A DNA stretch of 64,000 nucleotides from Oceanicoccus sp. (GTDB taxonomy: Bacteria > Pseudomonadota > Gammaproteobacteria > Pseudomonadales > Dasaniaceae): NCBI RefSeq assembly GCF_029238675.1, contig NZ_JAQWFR010000029.1, positions 12,178 to 76,177 of the forward strand, read 5' to 3'. Of the stretch, positions 11,079 through 21,667 are shown in pieces (the first letter of the stretch is position 1; every line of letters starts with the position of its first letter). The notes under the pieces were generated by a model, which saw only the letters and a program-made list of their open reading frames with translations, was not told where the DNA came from and searched no databases. The translations under genes and the position numbers were made by a program.

Positions 11079-12593
11079 ATGAAACAATCGCTACAGCTTA
11101 AAATCGGTCAACAACTGACAATGACGCCTCAGCTACAACAGGCGATCAAACTACTTCAATTATCCACCCTCGACCTGCAACAGGAAATCCAGCAAGCGCT
11201 GGAAAGCAATCCCATGCTGGATGTTAATGAGGAGCAGGAAGCCGAGCGCAAAGCTGATAGCGAACAGGAAAAAGTCAAAACCGAGGAAGTCGATTTCAGT
11301 AACAATGTAGAAGCCAAAACCGAGACGGTTGAGGTGGAAGGCCCCAACGCTGACAGTGAGTGGCAGGAAAACATTCCGGAAGACTTGCCTGTCGATACCC
11401 AGTGGGACGATGTCTACCAATCCAGCACACCGTCCACGCCCAACTCATCACAGGCCACCTCAAGCAACGAAGACTTCGACTTTGATTCCCGCAACAGCGT
11501 GACCGAGTCCCTGCAGGATCACCTGTTATGGCAGCTTAACCTGACCCGCATGTCTGATATTGATCGCAGTATTGCCATGGCAATTATTGATGCCGTTGAT
11601 GACAATGGTCGCCTAACCCTATCAGCAGAGCAGCTACACAACAGCTTTATTAAAGACAATCCCGATATCGAGCTCGATGAAGTGGTAGCCGTATTGCACG
11701 GTGTTCAGCAGTTTGACCCCCCGGGGGTAGCAGCACTGGATTTACAGGAGTGCCTGCTGATTCAACTCAATCAACTTTCCCCGGATACGCCCTGGTTGAA
11801 GGAAACCAAGGTAGTTATTAACCGCCACCTATCGCTACTGGGCAACCGTGATTACGCACAATTGATGCGCCGCAGCAAACTCAAAGAACCCGAGCTACGT
11901 GAAGTGCTTAACCTGATACAAACCCTGAACCCCAACCCGGGTGAAATGGTTGCACCGGACACCACCCAGTATATTGTGCCCGACGTCTATGTAAAAAAGG
12001 TCAAAGGCCGCTGGATCGTTGAACTCAATCCCGATATTGCTCCCAAATTAAAAATTAACAGCGACTATGCCTCGTTGGTCAAACGGGCAGATAATAGCGA
12101 TGACAACAATTTCCTACGCGACAATTTGCAGGAAGCACGCTGGTTTCTTAAAAGCCTGCAAAGCCGCAACGAAACACTGATGAAAGTCGCCACTCGGATT
12201 GTCGAACACCAGCGTGGCTTTTTGGAATATGGCGAAGAAGCTATGAAGCCCCTGGTGTTGCACGATATTGCCGAGGCGGTTGAAATGCATGAGTCGACCA
12301 TCTCCAGGGTGACTACGCAAAAGTATATGCACACTCCCAGAGGCATCTTCGAGCTTAAGTATTTCTTCTCCAGCCACGTCAGTACCGACTCTGGCGGCGA
12401 GTGCTCATCGACTGCCATTAGAGCCCTGATCAAAAAATTAATTGCCACAGAAAACCCGAAAAAGCCCTTAAGCGACAGCAAAATCACTGTAGAGCTGGGC
12501 GACCAGGGTATCAAAGTGGCCCGGCGCACCATCGCCAAATACCGCGAGTCACTGATGATCCCTCCCTCAAATGAACGAAAGCGGCTAGTCTAG
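11079..12593 (+). CDS. rpoN: RNA polymerase sigma-54 factor
   Basis: Region [33 protein letters not shown], RpoN box [10 protein letters not shown]. Confidence 0.99.
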   Translation: MKQSLQLKIGQQLTMTPQLQQAIKLLQLSTLDLQQEIQQALESNPMLDVNEEQEAERKADSEQEKVKTEEVDFSNNVEAKTETVEVEGPNADSEWQENIPEDLPVDTQWDDVYQSSTPSTPNSSQATSSNEDFDFDSRNSVTESLQDHLLWQLNLTRMSDIDRSIAMAIIDAVDDNGRLTLSAEQLHNSFIKDNPDIELDEVVAVLHGVQQFDPPGVAALDLQECLLIQLNQLSPDTPWLKETKVVINRHLSLLGNRDYAQLMRRSKLKEPELREVLNLIQTLNPNPGEMVAPDTTQYIVPDVYVKKVKGRWIVELNPDIAPKLKINSDYASLVKRADNSDDNNFLRDNLQEARWFLKSLQSRNETLMKVATRIVEHQRGFLEYGEEAMKPLVLHDIAEAVEMHESTISRVTTQKYMHTPRGIFELKYFFSSHVSTDSGGECSSTAIRALIKKLIATENPKKPLSDSKITVELGDQGIKVARRTIAKYRESLMIPPSNERKRLV

Positions 12594-12713
12594 ATATAGC
12601 AATTGTTACAATTGCGGTCATTCGAATAAAAATCTGCCCGCAATTTGATGTTTATACTCGACAGATTGTTACTCAAAGAGTAACTTAAATACCACAACTA
12701 GAAGGAGCAGCTT

Positions 12714-13022
12714 ATGCAAATTAATGTTAGTGGACACCACGTAGAAGTCACCCCCCCACTCCGCGAATACGTAAACGCCAAACTCTCCAAGCTTCAGCGA
12801 CATTTCGATAACATCACCAAAACCGATGTGACCCTCACCGTAGAAAAGTTGGTACAAAAGGCAGAGGCCTCTGTACACGTAGCTGGCGCAGATTTATTTG
12901 CCGCCTGTGAGTCAGACGATATGTATGCTGCTATTGACCAGTTAATTGATAAGCTTGATCGCCAGCTTATTAAACATAAAGAAAAAAATACCCACCGCAA
13001 ACAAGGGGTGGCCTCTCGTTAA
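12714..13022 (+). CDS. hpf: Ribosome hibernation promoting factor
   Basis: MQINVSGHHVEVTPPLREYV, DMYAAIDQLIDKLDRQLIKHKEK; follows rpoN. Confidence 0.96.
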   Translation: MQINVSGHHVEVTPPLREYVNAKLSKLQRHFDNITKTDVTLTVEKLVQKAEASVHVAGADLFAACESDDMYAAIDQLIDKLDRQLIKHKEKNTHRKQGVASR

Positions 13023-13023
13023 G

Positions 13024-13053
13024 AGTAAAGCTTTGACACTCTTTAGCTTTACT
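13024..13053 (+). terminator. Hairpin directly after hpf (possible terminator or processing site)
   Basis: AGTAAAGCT-N12-AGCTTTACT; no clear U-tract. Confidence 0.35.
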
Positions 13054-13069
13054 ATTCAGCGATATTGCA

Positions 13070-13103
13070 TAACTACATTACCTAACTACATTACCTAACT
13101 ACA
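13070..13103. repeat. 13-bp tandem repeat x2.6 upstream of ptsN
   Basis: TAACTACATTACC TAACTACATTACC TAACTACA. Confidence 0.85.
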
Positions 13104-13129
13104 AAGAACGGAAAACCATACTGTAAACC

Positions 13130-13579
13130 ATGAAACTCGATAGCATCCTAAGTCCCGACCGTACCCTCTGCGGTGCACCGGGCAGCAGTAAGAAACGAGT
13201 ACTAGACACTATATCCCAATTTATTTGCCAGGATTTGTCGGAATTTAACCCCAATCAACTCTTTGACAATTTGCTGGCCAGGGAAAAACTTGGCAGCACA
13301 GGTCTGGGCAATGGCATTGCTATTCCCCATTGTCGCATCACTCAATGCCAGTCCGTGATCGGGACTTTGATCAAGTTGGACGAAGCGGTAGATTTTGATG
13401 CCATCGATGGCAAGCCGGTCGACCTGATATTTGTTCTTCTGGTTCCCGAGCAGGCCCACGATGAACATCTCAATGTTTTAGCGACTCTGGCCGAACGTTT
13501 TAGCGACCAGGGATTTTGTCAACGGTTACGCAGCGCTACCGATAATGAGAGTCTTTATCGTCTGGCGACTGCGAACTAA
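13130..13579 (+). CDS. ptsN: Nitrogen-regulatory PTS IIA (EIIA-Ntr)
   Basis: SKKRVL, REKLGSTGLGNGIAIPHCR (phospho-His), DAIDGKPVDLIF, HLNVLA. Confidence 0.96.
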   Translation: MKLDSILSPDRTLCGAPGSSKKRVLDTISQFICQDLSEFNPNQLFDNLLAREKLGSTGLGNGIAIPHCRITQCQSVIGTLIKLDEAVDFDAIDGKPVDLIFVLLVPEQAHDEHLNVLATLAERFSDQGFCQRLRSATDNESLYRLATAN

Positions 13580-13633
13580 AACCGTTTATAAAACGTACCA
13601 ATAAGACACTAACAACAGCCAGAGGCCTGGCCA

Positions 13634-14500
13634 ATGAAACTTGTTATTATCAGCGGACGCTCCGGCTCCGGCAAAAGTACTGCTCTCAACCTGCTGGAGG
13701 ACGAAGGCTATTACTGCATTGATAACCTGCCCGTCGTATTAATACCGCCAACCGTCAAACACCTGCAAAGCAGCGATGCCCAGGAGCACAACAAAGTTGC
13801 TATTTGTATTGACGCCCGCAATGCCAGCCAGGACTTATCTAATCTGGTAGGTCTGGTCCAGGACAAGCCCGACAACCTGGATATCGATATTTTATTTCTC
13901 GATGCCGACAGTGAAAAATTGATCATCCGCTTTAGTGAAACCCGCCGGCGCCACCCACTCAGCAACAAGCAGACAGCACTTACCGAAGCGATTATCAACG
14001 AGCGTAAGCTGCTGGAACCCATTGCCGATATCGCTACACTGACTATTGATACCAGTAGCATGAGCTTGCACGAACTTCGCACCATGATTAAATCCAGGTT
14101 AGTGGAAAAAGACAGCACCGGTATTTCTATTTTGTTTCAATCCTTCGGTTTTAAACAGGGTGTGCCTGTGGATGCCGATATGGTTTATGACATCCGCATT
14201 TTGCCCAATCCTCACTGGGACCCTTCGCTGCGCGCGCTAACTGGCAAAGACCAGCCAGTGATTGATTTTCTGGATCAGCAGGATGAAGTGAATGAGATGT
14301 ATAAAGACATCAAGGACTATCTGGTAAAATGGCTACCCTTGTTTGAACACAATAACCGCAGCTATATCACCGTAAGCATTGGTTGCACCGGTGGACAACA
14401 TCGCTCAGTATATATGGCCGAGCGACTAGGCAAATACTTTCAGGCCAACTATAACAACGTGCAAATTCGCCACCGCGAGCTGGACCGCCTTACTCCTTAA
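13634..14500 (+). CDS. rapZ: RNase adapter RapZ
   Basis: ISGRSGSGKS, CIDNLP, RFSETRRRHPL, SFGFKQG, LPNPHW, IGCTGGQHRSV. Confidence 0.97.
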   Translation: MKLVIISGRSGSGKSTALNLLEDEGYYCIDNLPVVLIPPTVKHLQSSDAQEHNKVAICIDARNASQDLSNLVGLVQDKPDNLDIDILFLDADSEKLIIRFSETRRRHPLSNKQTALTEAIINERKLLEPIADIATLTIDTSSMSLHELRTMIKSRLVEKDSTGISILFQSFGFKQGVPVDADMVYDIRILPNPHWDPSLRALTGKDQPVIDFLDQQDEVNEMYKDIKDYLVKWLPLFEHNNRSYITVSIGCTGGQHRSVYMAERLGKYFQANYNNVQIRHRELDRLTP

Positions 14501-14505
14501 CAATA

Positions 14506-14551
14506 ACTAATTATCACCGACTAACTATCACCAACTAACTATCACCAACTA
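14506..14551. repeat. 14-bp tandem repeat x3.3 between rapZ and npr
   Basis: ACTAATTATCACCG ACTAACTATCACCA ACTAACTATCACCA ACTA. Confidence 0.85.
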
Positions 14552-14570
14552 CAAACAGCAATAAAAAAGT

Positions 14571-14840
14571 ATGATTAAAACGACCATTACCATTATTAAC
14601 AAACTCGGACTGCACGCCAGAGCCGCCTCCAAGTTTGTCACCACCGCCTCAGCCTTTGGCTGCGATATTAAAGCCGGTAGAGGCGGCAAGATGGTCGACG
14701 GCAAAAGTATTATGTCAGTGATGATGCTTGCCGCCAGCAAGGGCACCGAGCTTGAACTGGAATTTGATGGCAGTGACGAGCAAAAAGCCTATAATGCCTT
14801 GACCACCCTGATCAACAACCGCTTCGACGAAGGCGAGTAA
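14571..14840 (+). CDS. ptsO: HPr-family phosphocarrier NPr
   Basis: NKLGLHARAASKFV, DGKSIMSVMMLAASKG; last PTS-Ntr gene of the rpoN operon. Confidence 0.93.
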   Translation: MIKTTITIINKLGLHARAASKFVTTASAFGCDIKAGRGGKMVDGKSIMSVMMLAASKGTELELEFDGSDEQKAYNALTTLINNRFDEGE

Positions 14841-14960
14841 CCCACCCAACGATTTTTCTATTATTTCACCAGCTTATCTTGTTGATTTCCCTACTTTTCT
14901 GGATAATTCACCGCGTTCACCTAAACTGCCAATAGCGTTTCTTTCCCCGGTGGAGCAACA

Positions 14961-16319
14961 ATGCCAGCAACAGCAGAGACTATTCAAAGCCACGGCCACC
15001 TTGATCAGCTAAATCAAGCTCTGGATAGCGGCGCCTTTATTCAGGTACAACGCATGCTTAATAGCCTGCCTGCGCCGGATGTGGCTCATATTATTGAATC
15101 ATCACCGCCAAAAACCCGTGCGGTTATTTGGCGCTTAATTGATGTGGAGCGTGAAGGTGAAGTACTCCCCTACCTGAACGATGAAATTGAAAGTCAATTC
15201 CTGCGGGCTATGGACAGCAAAGAGCTACTGACCATTACCGAAGGTCTTGAGGCGGATGATGTCGCCGATATTTTGCAGCAACTGCCGGACCGGGTTATCC
15301 GTGAAGTACTGCAACTGATGGATCAACAAGACCGGCAGCGGGTTGAACAAGTACTCTCCTACCCGGAAGATACTGCTGGCGGCATGATGAATACCGATGC
15401 CATCACGGTGCGGGCGAAAACGCCACTGGACGTAGTATTACGTTATTTACGCCGCCACGAAGAACTGCCAGAAATGACCGATAACCTGATTGTGGTTAAC
15501 CGTCGCGATGAATATATAGGCCAACTTCCCCTTAGAAAACTATTGGTATCAGACCCCGGTATTACCGTCCGTGAAATTATGGTCACGGATATTGATGCCA
15601 TACCTGCCACTATGGACGATGGCGAGGTGGCCACATTATTTGAACGTAATGACTGGGTATCAGCACCGGTCATTGATGAAACCGGCAAACTGGTTGGACG
15701 TATCACCATCGATGATGTGGTAGATGTTATCCGGGAAGACGCCGACCACTCCCTGATGAGCCTGGCCGGTCTGGACGAAGATGAAGATACCTTCGCCCCG
15801 GTGTTTCAAACAGCGCCCCGCCGGGCTATGTGGCTGGGTATCAACCTGGTTACCGCCTTTTTAGCCTCGGCCGTGATCAATCTTTTTGAAGGCACTATTG
15901 ATAAGGTAGTCGCCCTGGCCATTCTAATGCCCATTGTCGCCAGCATGGGCGGCATCGCGGGCACACAGGCACTTACCGTGGTGATACGCGGTATGGCCCT
16001 TGGGCAAGTGGGTAGCAATAACAGCGGCTGGCTTATTAACAAAGAATTTCTGGTAGGTGTTATTAATGGCCTTTGCTGGTCACTGGTGGTTGCAGCAGCA
16101 GCCACCCTCTGGTTTGACGACCCATTAATCGGGATCATTATCGCCTGTGCCATGGTGATTAATTTAATCACCGCTGGCCTTGCAGGTGCTATCATCCCCA
16201 TCGCCTTACGCCGTATGAATATCGACCCTGCGCTGGCTGGCGGTGTGGTGCTTACCACAGTGACCGATGTGGTTGGGTTTATGTCATTCCTTGGTCTGGC
16301 CACCTTATTTTATATGTAA
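14961..16319 (+). CDS. mgtE: Magnesium transporter MgtE
   Basis: N-domain, CBS pair (YPEDTAGGMM, LVGRITIDD), TM domain with PIVASMGGIAGTQ, DPALAGGVVLTTVTDV. Confidence 0.96.
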   Translation: MPATAETIQSHGHLDQLNQALDSGAFIQVQRMLNSLPAPDVAHIIESSPPKTRAVIWRLIDVEREGEVLPYLNDEIESQFLRAMDSKELLTITEGLEADDVADILQQLPDRVIREVLQLMDQQDRQRVEQVLSYPEDTAGGMMNTDAITVRAKTPLDVVLRYLRRHEELPEMTDNLIVVNRRDEYIGQLPLRKLLVSDPGITVREIMVTDIDAIPATMDDGEVATLFERNDWVSAPVIDETGKLVGRITIDDVVDVIREDADHSLMSLAGLDEDEDTFAPVFQTAPRRAMWLGINLVTAFLASAVINLFEGTIDKVVALAILMPIVASMGGIAGTQALTVVIRGMALGQVGSNNSGWLINKEFLVGVINGLCWSLVVAAAATLWFDDPLIGIIIACAMVINLITAGLAGAIIPIALRRMNIDPALAGGVVLTTVTDVVGFMSFLGLATLFYM

Positions 16320-16350
16320 GCTTTATATGTATAGTTCTATTGATGAGCAA

Positions 16351-16878
16351 ATGATGAACGACGAACACAATTTTGATGAAGATGATGATGAAGAAATCAT
16401 CTATGTAAGCCGCTCGGAAATGAAGCGGGATATGCTAGAGCTGCAAGCATTAGGTGAAGCCATTGTAAAACTCAGCAAAGGGCAGCTGGAAACCATCCCC
16501 CTTGAAGATGAAACCCTGGCCGAAGCCATTTATACCGCCCGCAGAATCAAACACCGGGAAGGCCTGCGCCGGCAGATGCAGTATATTGGCAAACTGATGC
16601 GCAAAACCGATACTGAAGCCATCGAGGCCGCCTACAAAAAGCTTCAGGATGGCCGTAAAGAAGAAGCCAGGGAATTCCATGAACTGGAACAGTGGCGGGA
16701 CCGCCTGATTGCCAGTGGCCCCAAATCCATTGAAGAAGTGATGACCCAGTACCCGAATGCTGACCGCCAGCACTTGAGGCAACTGGTAATGCAAGCCAAT
16801 AAAGAAATCAAAAACAAAAAGCCCCCCGCCGCCAGTCGTAAGTTATTTCGTTATTTGCGGGAATTAAGCGACAGCTAG
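16351..16878 (+). CDS. yjgA: Ribosome biogenesis factor YjgA/DarP (DUF615)
   Basis: SRSEMKRDMLELQALGE, RRQMQYIGKLMR, LEQWRDRLI, RQHLRQLV, SRKLFRYLRE. Start uncertain (16327/16351). Confidence 0.92.
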   Translation: MMNDEHNFDEDDDEEIIYVSRSEMKRDMLELQALGEAIVKLSKGQLETIPLEDETLAEAIYTARRIKHREGLRRQMQYIGKLMRKTDTEAIEAAYKKLQDGRKEEAREFHELEQWRDRLIASGPKSIEEVMTQYPNADRQHLRQLVMQANKEIKNKKPPAASRKLFRYLRELSDS

Positions 16879-16888
16879 AATATGCCAG

Positions 16889-17722
16889 TTATTTTTTGGT
16901 GCTAACGGTAAAACGCTGGTGCTGTTTAATCGGCATAGCGCGACGATGTTTTGCCGCTTCATCCAGGTCAATAGTGGCAATCACATAGCCGGCACCTTGC
17001 TCTTTGCTGGCCAGCTGTTTTCCCCAGCTATCGAAAATAACCGATTCACCGGAAGTTTTGCGGGAAGGAGTATGCTGCCCACCTTGGTTAGCGCCAATAA
17101 CATAACACTGGTTTTCAATGGCGCGGGCCTGTAACAACGGTAGCCAATGAGCTTTGCCTGTCAGGAAGGTAAAGGCTGCAGGCACCGCAATAATATCTAC
17201 ATCTTCGGCAAACATAGCCCGAAAAAATTCCGGAAAACGCAGGTCATAGCACACAGCCAAACCCAAACGGCCAAAAGGGGTATCGATTACTACGACTTTG
17301 TCGCCCGCTAAAAACGTATCTGACTCGCGATAACTGCCCTGGGCATCAGCCACATCCACATCAAACAAATGGATTTTGTGATAACAGCCTTGCTCGTCGC
17401 CCTTATCATCAAACACAAAACAGGACGCTAATACCTGCTCACTATTTTCAACCGCAAGCGGTATTGTGCCCGCTACGATCCAAATACCCAGGCGTTTAGC
17501 CAGGGCGCTAATAAAAGGCCTGATAACCGCTTTATCGGAAGCCTCCTGCAAACCCAATGAGCGCTGCGCGCGGGTACTAAACATGGCAAAGGTTTCAGGG
17601 AGCACGATTAATTGAGCACCTGCCGAAGCGGCTTCTACAATCAAACGCTCTGCCTCGGCGAGATTACCATCGAGGTCATTGTTGCTCACCATCTGGATGG
17701 CTGCAAGCTGGAACGGGTTCAT
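16889..17722 (-). CDS. Carbon-nitrogen hydrolase (Nit1/deaminated glutathione amidase-like)
   Basis: Catalytic triad E-K-C in VLPETF, YHKIHLFD, VCYDLRFPE; ARAIENQCYV. Confidence 0.93.
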   Translation of the reverse strand: MNPFQLAAIQMVSNNDLDGNLAEAERLIVEAASAGAQLIVLPETFAMFSTRAQRSLGLQEASDKAVIRPFISALAKRLGIWIVAGTIPLAVENSEQVLASCFVFDDKGDEQGCYHKIHLFDVDVADAQGSYRESDTFLAGDKVVVIDTPFGRLGLAVCYDLRFPEFFRAMFAEDVDIIAVPAAFTFLTGKAHWLPLLQARAIENQCYVIGANQGGQHTPSRKTSGESVIFDSWGKQLASKEQGAGYVIATIDLDEAAKHRRAMPIKQHQRFTVSTKK

Positions 17723-20700
17723 GGCTCTGCCGTCACTGGCTGGCTATCTTCCGCTAACGGGGAGGGCTCCCCGGATTTATTTTTTTTGCCACTATCAAAG
17801 ACTTTAACAAAGGACAGCCGGGGATCATTCCAATCTCCTTCAATACTGTAAACAGCGCTGGCGATTCGGTCAAACTGGTCTTCAAAAATTTTACTGGCCA
17901 CATAGACACCGGCAGCCGTTGGCAAACCCCCTGCCAGGCCCGCAATCCAGGGTAAATTATTAGTCACTGGCAAAGTGGCAATTAACTGCATATCCAATTC
18001 CTTAGTCTGTAAATTAGCATCGCCACGCAGGCTGAAGCGGCTTGAGGGTGCTTTCACCGTTAAGTCTTCAACAATTTTTAATAGGGAATCTTCAAATAAT
18101 AGCTCACCTTCAATACGGTCATAACTGATACCGCTTTCATAAAGATCAGAGAAGTCTAACTGCAAGCGTCTAACGATATTGGCGAGGTTAACAATACCCA
18201 CCACTTTCAATGTGCCTGCAGCTGTATCTGAAGCCTTTAAAAAACGCCCCTCTTTAACCTTTAAATACAGAGGGCCGGAGGATATTGCCAGCGCCCATTG
18301 GTTAGGTGTGCCGGGCCAGGTTAAATCCAGGGATACATTACCCTCCCGGCTTTCTATCATTCTCTCGTAATGCCAGTTTTCTAACACATCGCCTAAATCA
18401 GTAAACTCAAACTGGCCATACAAACGGGTCTCTTCACCGCGCTCTGTTTGCAGCCATTCCAGTGTGGCTGGATTCTCTTTATTAATTCTAAGACCGCGTA
18501 AGTCACCTGAGATATTATTGAACACCAGACCATCTTCCTGGCTGCGTAGCTCAAAACCAAGATTGCCAAAGAGTTCATCCCCTAAAAATAATTGCTCAAC
18601 AGAAAAATCCAGATTCAGCTTACGCAGGGAATCAAAGTCTGAGGGGGACAGATCATCCGACACAGAAGACTTGGGTAATTTAAGCCACTGCAACCTGGTG
18701 ATCAGTGGCAATGCGGCATCATCGGCAATAAATAATTCACCGGAAAAAATACTGTTGCTGGCGGTAAGCCACCAGGCATCCTGCCAACGTTGCAGACCTA
18801 CAGTAGAGTTTTCATAACGCTGGTCAAAGCCGGAAAAATCTTTTATCAATAGCTCTCTGACTTTGATCCGCAAACCCTGCTCTTTTTCTTCACTGCTATC
18901 CGCTTTTTGATTGTGCAGTTGCAAGCTGGCCTCATTGTACTGGGCAAGCACCTTCTGCCATTCATCCAAAACAAAGTTATCAACCGCACCCGTTACCACT
19001 AAAAAGTCCGGCTGATGCTGTATATTCTTTGCGCCATCAAGAATAGCCAAACCACTTTCTACCTGCCCCTTATCTAAACGCAATTGCAGTTCGGCAATAT
19101 CAACCACCCCCATACGCAATAGAGGCTTATCACCTGTCAGTGGCAGCTTTAGCCAAAATTCACGCTTATCATCCGCTTGTTTGGCATAAGGCTCCGGCAA
19201 GTTAATTTCAACACCCAACAAATTTGACGCTGCAGTAAATTCACTACCGTCCTTACCGTTAACCACAATCTGTGCAACTACATCCGTTTCGCCACGGGCA
19301 AAGGCCAGTGCCGGCTGCTGACTCCAATTCAGCACATCCCGAATATCCGCGCGGCCGGCAAAATCTACCAACACACCGCTATCTTCATCCGTGCCAACCT
19401 TAACCACAAAGGGTTTGTTATATAAGTTGGCATTCAGGCCCGGTGAATAGAAGCCTTGCTGGCTACTGTAATTTAACGGGCCACCTACATCGGTAAACTG
19501 TAACCGGTATTGTGGAATCGCGACGTCGTTATCCGCCAACTGCACCGCCACTTCAATATCCGCAGGCTTATTGGCACCGGCAAGGGCTAAGCCAAGGCTA
19601 ACTTCGGCACTGGCCTGGCCTTGCAGTTGCCACTGTTCAAAGACATCGCCCACGATTTTTTGTAGGGCGCTTTCATTAACCAGCCTGATCGCATCACTGG
19701 ACCGGCCGGCGGCTTTTGCATCAACCGTCAACCAGATGCCTCCTCCCTCTACGGTGGTGGTGGCAACCCTGGCTTCGAGAACATCCATATCATATATTTT
19801 GGCTTCAGTGGTATTGACCCTGGCATTGTTATCATCCACTTCAACCAGACCCGTAATACCCGTCAATTGTGGCCAGTCAGGGTGATAATTCAGGGTGACA
19901 TCTTCAACGTTTAAATAGAGCTGTACCGTTCGATCACTTACATCGCCTTTGCGCAGTGAGCCGTGGTAAATAAAACCACCATCAATCACTCGTCCCTGTG
20001 GAACGCTAGTCGCCATCCAGTCGAGAAAATCCTGGTTCAAGGTATAGGGAATAAATTTATCCCGGTGGCTGGCTGCGGTATCAATCAAACCTATGGTTAA
20101 TGTCATTTCGGGCGGTATTAGACTGCCGGCTTTTGTCGGCAAGTCCAAATTCAGTAACGCAGTGGCAGGGCCGTGATCAGCGGATAAATACAATGGCTCG
20201 CTCTCGACATAGACCCTGTCCTCAGTAATCTGCCAACTCACTTTACCTTCGGCAGATTTAAACGCTAAAGGCTGGCGATAGACCGACGGAAATTCCATGG
20301 AGAAATCTTGCGTTTTCAACTCCACAAAACCATTAACAGGGTTTAGTTCAATATAACCGTTAACACCAGTGGCACCGGGCGCGCCCTTCCAGGGGGCGAC
20401 AGAAACATTGTCCAGATTAGCTTGCAAAATAAAGCGAGGCGTTTTTCCCGGGGTGGGGTTGCGGGATAAATTCAGGGAAACCTGTTGTAAATTACCCGCA
20501 AGGGAAAGCGTGTTAACCGTCTCTTTTAATCTATCTTCCAGTAAATCAATCGCCACCAGTTGCCGGGTGGTTTGTGCCAAATCCAGGGTAGGGATGGATA
20601 TTTCCAGCCGCTTGTTTTTAATATCAACTTTCAGCTGTTCAAATTTAAAGGCCTGTTGCTGCCAATTCATCGCCAGTAGAGGTACCCACCCTTGCCAGTT

Positions 20701-21630
20701 ATTATCGGCACTTTTCTCGGCTCTAAAATTAATTTCCAGATCTTTTAAAGGGGCAAGCTGACGACCACTTAAAGCCGCAATATCTATTAGGGGTGTAGTA
20801 ATAGACCCCTGCAACTCAATCACCGTTTGTGGCTTCCAATCCAGCCATAACTGCCCATCAATACGGGCATCTTCCAGATCTATACCCAGGGCGCTGATAG
20901 CCGGCAGCTGGGCTGAAAAATCGACGTCATTAAACGTCAAATAAGCTTTGGCAGAAAACTCATCCTGCTCGCGGGGGTCGCCTTGCGATTCAATGATCCC
21001 CAGCACAGGTTCTGCTGATTGATCAAAATTGGCCTCAACCCGAAAACGCCTGAAGTCCCCTGCCCGCTTAAAGGACAATTCTTTAACCGCCAGCAAGGCA
21101 TCACTACCTTTGGCAAAGCTAACCGCCATATTGGCGCCTAATAAATCAGCCACTTCGACAGAGAGCACTAAATCAATCAGGTTATCAAAGTTAGTGCTGC
21201 CACCGGTGTTAATCGGGTAGCCCTTTAACTGCCATTTACCGGGGCTGGTTTCTTCCAGGGCACATTCAACACCATCGATTAGCAGGCGTTTAATTTGCCA
21301 CGAGCCATTTAGTAAGCTGCTAAGGGGGTCTAACTGCAAACTAAGCTTGTCAATACTTAATACGGTTTGGCCGGGATCATCCGGTGCATAAAGTACTAGC
21401 CGCTCCACGGTGAGTATCGGGGAAAGTCTTGACCAGCGGCCATAAAGACGGTCGATATTGAGGGGCAGGTTGGTGAATTGATTAAATCGCGCTACTAGCG
21501 GCTTTTGGTACTGCTCTACATAATCAATATAGTAACGACCGACACTGACATAACTGGCAACAAGGATTAATGCCATGAACAAAGTTGCCCATAGCAAACG
21601 ATTAACCCAGATAGCACTCTTTTTTAACAA
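17719..21630 (-). CDS. yhdP: YhdP (AsmA-like/TIGR02099) envelope-spanning lipid transport protein
   Basis: 1303 aa, N-terminal TM, HRDKFIP, YHPDWP, RRLQLDFSDLYESGISYDRIEG; located between rng and the nitrilase. Confidence 0.92.
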   Translation of the reverse strand: MLKKSAIWVNRLLWATLFMALILVASYVSVGRYYIDYVEQYQKPLVARFNQFTNLPLNIDRLYGRWSRLSPILTVERLVLYAPDDPGQTVLSIDKLSLQLDPLSSLLNGSWQIKRLLIDGVECALEETSPGKWQLKGYPINTGGSTNFDNLIDLVLSVEVADLLGANMAVSFAKGSDALLAVKELSFKRAGDFRRFRVEANFDQSAEPVLGIIESQGDPREQDEFSAKAYLTFNDVDFSAQLPAISALGIDLEDARIDGQLWLDWKPQTVIELQGSITTPLIDIAALSGRQLAPLKDLEINFRAEKSADNNWQGWVPLLAMNWQQQAFKFEQLKVDIKNKRLEISIPTLDLAQTTRQLVAIDLLEDRLKETVNTLSLAGNLQQVSLNLSRNPTPGKTPRFILQANLDNVSVAPWKGAPGATGVNGYIELNPVNGFVELKTQDFSMEFPSVYRQPLAFKSAEGKVSWQITEDRVYVESEPLYLSADHGPATALLNLDLPTKAGSLIPPEMTLTIGLIDTAASHRDKFIPYTLNQDFLDWMATSVPQGRVIDGGFIYHGSLRKGDVSDRTVQLYLNVEDVTLNYHPDWPQLTGITGLVEVDDNNARVNTTEAKIYDMDVLEARVATTTVEGGGIWLTVDAKAAGRSSDAIRLVNESALQKIVGDVFEQWQLQGQASAEVSLGLALAGANKPADIEVAVQLADNDVAIPQYRLQFTDVGGPLNYSSQQGFYSPGLNANLYNKPFVVKVGTDEDSGVLVDFAGRADIRDVLNWSQQPALAFARGETDVVAQIVVNGKDGSEFTAASNLLGVEINLPEPYAKQADDKREFWLKLPLTGDKPLLRMGVVDIAELQLRLDKGQVESGLAILDGAKNIQHQPDFLVVTGAVDNFVLDEWQKVLAQYNEASLQLHNQKADSSEEKEQGLRIKVRELLIKDFSGFDQRYENSTVGLQRWQDAWWLTASNSIFSGELFIADDAALPLITRLQWLKLPKSSVSDDLSPSDFDSLRKLNLDFSVEQLFLGDELFGNLGFELRSQEDGLVFNNISGDLRGLRINKENPATLEWLQTERGEETRLYGQFEFTDLGDVLENWHYERMIESREGNVSLDLTWPGTPNQWALAISSGPLYLKVKEGRFLKASDTAAGTLKVVGIVNLANIVRRLQLDFSDLYESGISYDRIEGELLFEDSLLKIVEDLTVKAPSSRFSLRGDANLQTKELDMQLIATLPVTNNLPWIAGLAGGLPTAAGVYVASKIFEDQFDRIASAVYSIEGDWNDPRLSFVKVFDSGKKNKSGEPSPLAEDSQPVTAEP

Positions 21631-21667
21631 GGCTTCTATTTACCTAATTGATTCAACAATACAAAGG

